From Tubulanus polymorphus (taxonomy: Eukaryota; Animalia; Nemertea): 64,000 nucleotides of DNA. Position numbers and translations under genes: made by a program. The stretch lies in NCBI RefSeq assembly GCF_964204645.1, contig NC_134028.1, positions 12,447,263-12,511,262 of the forward strand, in the 5' to 3' direction. Of this stretch, positions 62,006-64,000 are shown piece by piece (position 1 is the stretch's first letter; each line of letters begins with the position of its first letter). Below the pieces are notes generated by a model, which was not told the DNA's origin, ran no database searches, and saw only the letters and a list, made by a program, of their open reading frames with translations.

Positions 62006-62915
62006 GTACATACTCGGCAGCGGACACCGGCCCGGAAAATATTTCAAAACGTGTATTGTCGGTACCTAGCACGATTTCAGCGTTTTTCGGGAATTCCCTG
62101 ATATTTCGGCGTTTTTCGGAAATTCCCTGAAATTTAAGCGTTTTTATTTCAGCGTTTCAGCGTTTCAGTGATTCAGCTTTTTCAGCGAAGTTCAGGAACC
62201 GCTTCTAAAAATACTGATTTTTGTTCAAGTCTCCAACAATTACAGTAGACTCTATTCGCGTCTGATCTAGGCGTTTCAAAAATGTATCCAACACTTGCAA
62301 AATCCTAGTTAAACCTTTAAATATCTTAATTACTTTAACATATAAAACATTTCTTCATACATCCAACTTTACTTTCCTCTTATGTGCTGAACATATCAAT
62401 TTGGCCATACATCCTACTCCACCTAATTTCCCCATCATTCTATTTATGACTTTTCCTAACAGGTTTTTACTAAACAATTCTCTTCATCTCTCCTTTCAAT
62501 TTACAATTTTTCAAATATACATGTCTCTATATTTAAAAGCTTTCAATAATAGTAACCTGCTACATATTTTCTGCCAGTTATACTTAAACATATTTCTTCA
62601 TACTGTCTTTTGATATACCTACATATACTCTAATTAATATACATCGATTACATATCACTAGAACTTCTAGCATTACTGGCCAATGTGCCTCAATATTGTT
62701 GATTCCTGTATACATGTTACATGTTTCTTAATACTGTTTTTTGATATACCTACATATACTCTAATATCCATCAATTACATATCACTAGAGCTTCTAGCAT
62801 TACTGGCCAATGTGCCTCAATACTGTTTATTCCTGTATACATGTTATTCTGAATTCCCAACCTCACATTTCAACAATTGCATAACGCTGTCCCCTCTTGA
62901 TACTACCGATATCTC

Positions 62916-63960
62916 TTATGGTACAAAAGGTATTAACGTTGCAAACGTCACATCTGACAAACTATAATGCTTCTGTATCATTTTCATTGGTACAACTAAG
63001 GTGTCACAATCAGAATCTCCTCCTCGATTGACAAGGAATGTTGTTGTTGTCTTATCAATTTTCTCTATTGCTAGTATCTGATACTTAGTTGTAACTGTCG
63101 GCGCTGTCAGTGTCTGCAAATTAAATGATACAAATTAACATTCTTTTAATTCCTAAATTACCCTATTTTCACAATGCTCGTAAATTATATTTCTTAAGGA
63201 GTAAGTATAGCTTATATCAAAGTTATTGCACCTATTGTGATGCAGTCCAATACTGTATTCTTTCACTTTCCATTACATCATTATCAATTGTCTACTTACT
63301 TGTATCGTTGTGCGTGTTGTCGTTCCTAGCACATTCTCATAGTTAAATGTAGACACTGACACGTTCTCTGCTTTAATATACTGGCCTTTGTGAATGTCCA
63401 TATCTGCATGTGTACGCCACAATGCAAGTTTCACCATAGCTGTATCATCCTCCACTGTAATATTTCGTACTGCTACTGATTCGTTGTTACATGATACTGT
63501 CTTCTTCACTTCATCCTAAAAAGATGATTTTCTTTCCTTAATCCATGTTACACCGTCCATCATTCAACTATCTTACATTTACCTGCTACATATATTAGGT
63601 GCATTTGCTTATATCACAAACATATTGATACTCCCAAATTTTCCTTCTCTTCATAAAAATATTTTATTTTCCTAGGTCATTTTTCAATCGTCTCCATCTC
63701 GCCTATCAAAGATTTCCTAACCCTTACATCAATACTCTCTTTAATTCACTCAGCAATAACCACTAAACTATTTTTTTCCTCTGCAATTTAATTTCTTCCC
63801 TATTCCAGTCTTACATTCAACATTGTTCTTATCGTCATTATTATAATTTATACATTCACCAATACCTTTGTGTTTTCTTAATAATTTGATGTATAAAACT
63901 TTGTCTTTATGACATATACCTGTACAATGGTCCCTTGTATTGTAACTTTCGTCTTCTGAG
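62916..63960 (-). CDS. Spliced OB-fold (RPA/SSB-like) gene, 3' exons; possibly pseudogenised
   Basis: Exons ..-63920 (KTKVTIQGTIVQ|GT), 63515-63300 (DEVKKTV..RNITVEDDTAMVKLALWR..KGQYIKAENVSV|GTAAGT) and 63113-62916 join in frame with canonical GT-AG; OB-fold-like pattern. Confidence 0.6.
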
Positions 63961-64000
63961 GACTACCAGTGTACTCTCATTTACCAGTGTACTCTCAGTG

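Overview
AT-rich eukaryotic DNA, probably from a marine invertebrate (spliceosomal introns; LINE, Gypsy, MITE and Helentron-like debris), and almost entirely repeat-derived. Bases 1-17001 are Polinton/Maverick (adintovirus-like) sequence in two complementary halves. The first half (1-9326) carries the MCP N-terminus, membrane-protein genes, a penton fragment and pPolB, all on the minus strand, ending at a TIR. The second half (9678-17001) runs TIR, HNH nuclease, chromodomain integrase, packaging ATPase and MCP C-terminus. The two ~380-bp TIRs face each other across six units of a 59-bp minisatellite, and the same minisatellite, inverted, truncates the second half inside MCP. Each TIR ends in a 188-bp fold-back hairpin, and the two hairpins differ by symmetric, pairing-preserving substitutions. 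At 29.9-35.6 kb lies a frameshifted ~1900-codon Mutator-like ORF with the domain order Ulp1 protease, GATA finger, MULE DDE, SWIM, C2H2, PHD. The rest is non-autonomous DNA transposons (several with intact TIR/TSD), Harbinger, Tc1, Gypsy and LINE remnants, one probable host exon (TMEM70-like) and a spliced OB-fold gene at the right edge. All family calls come from motif recognition by eye; no database searches were run.
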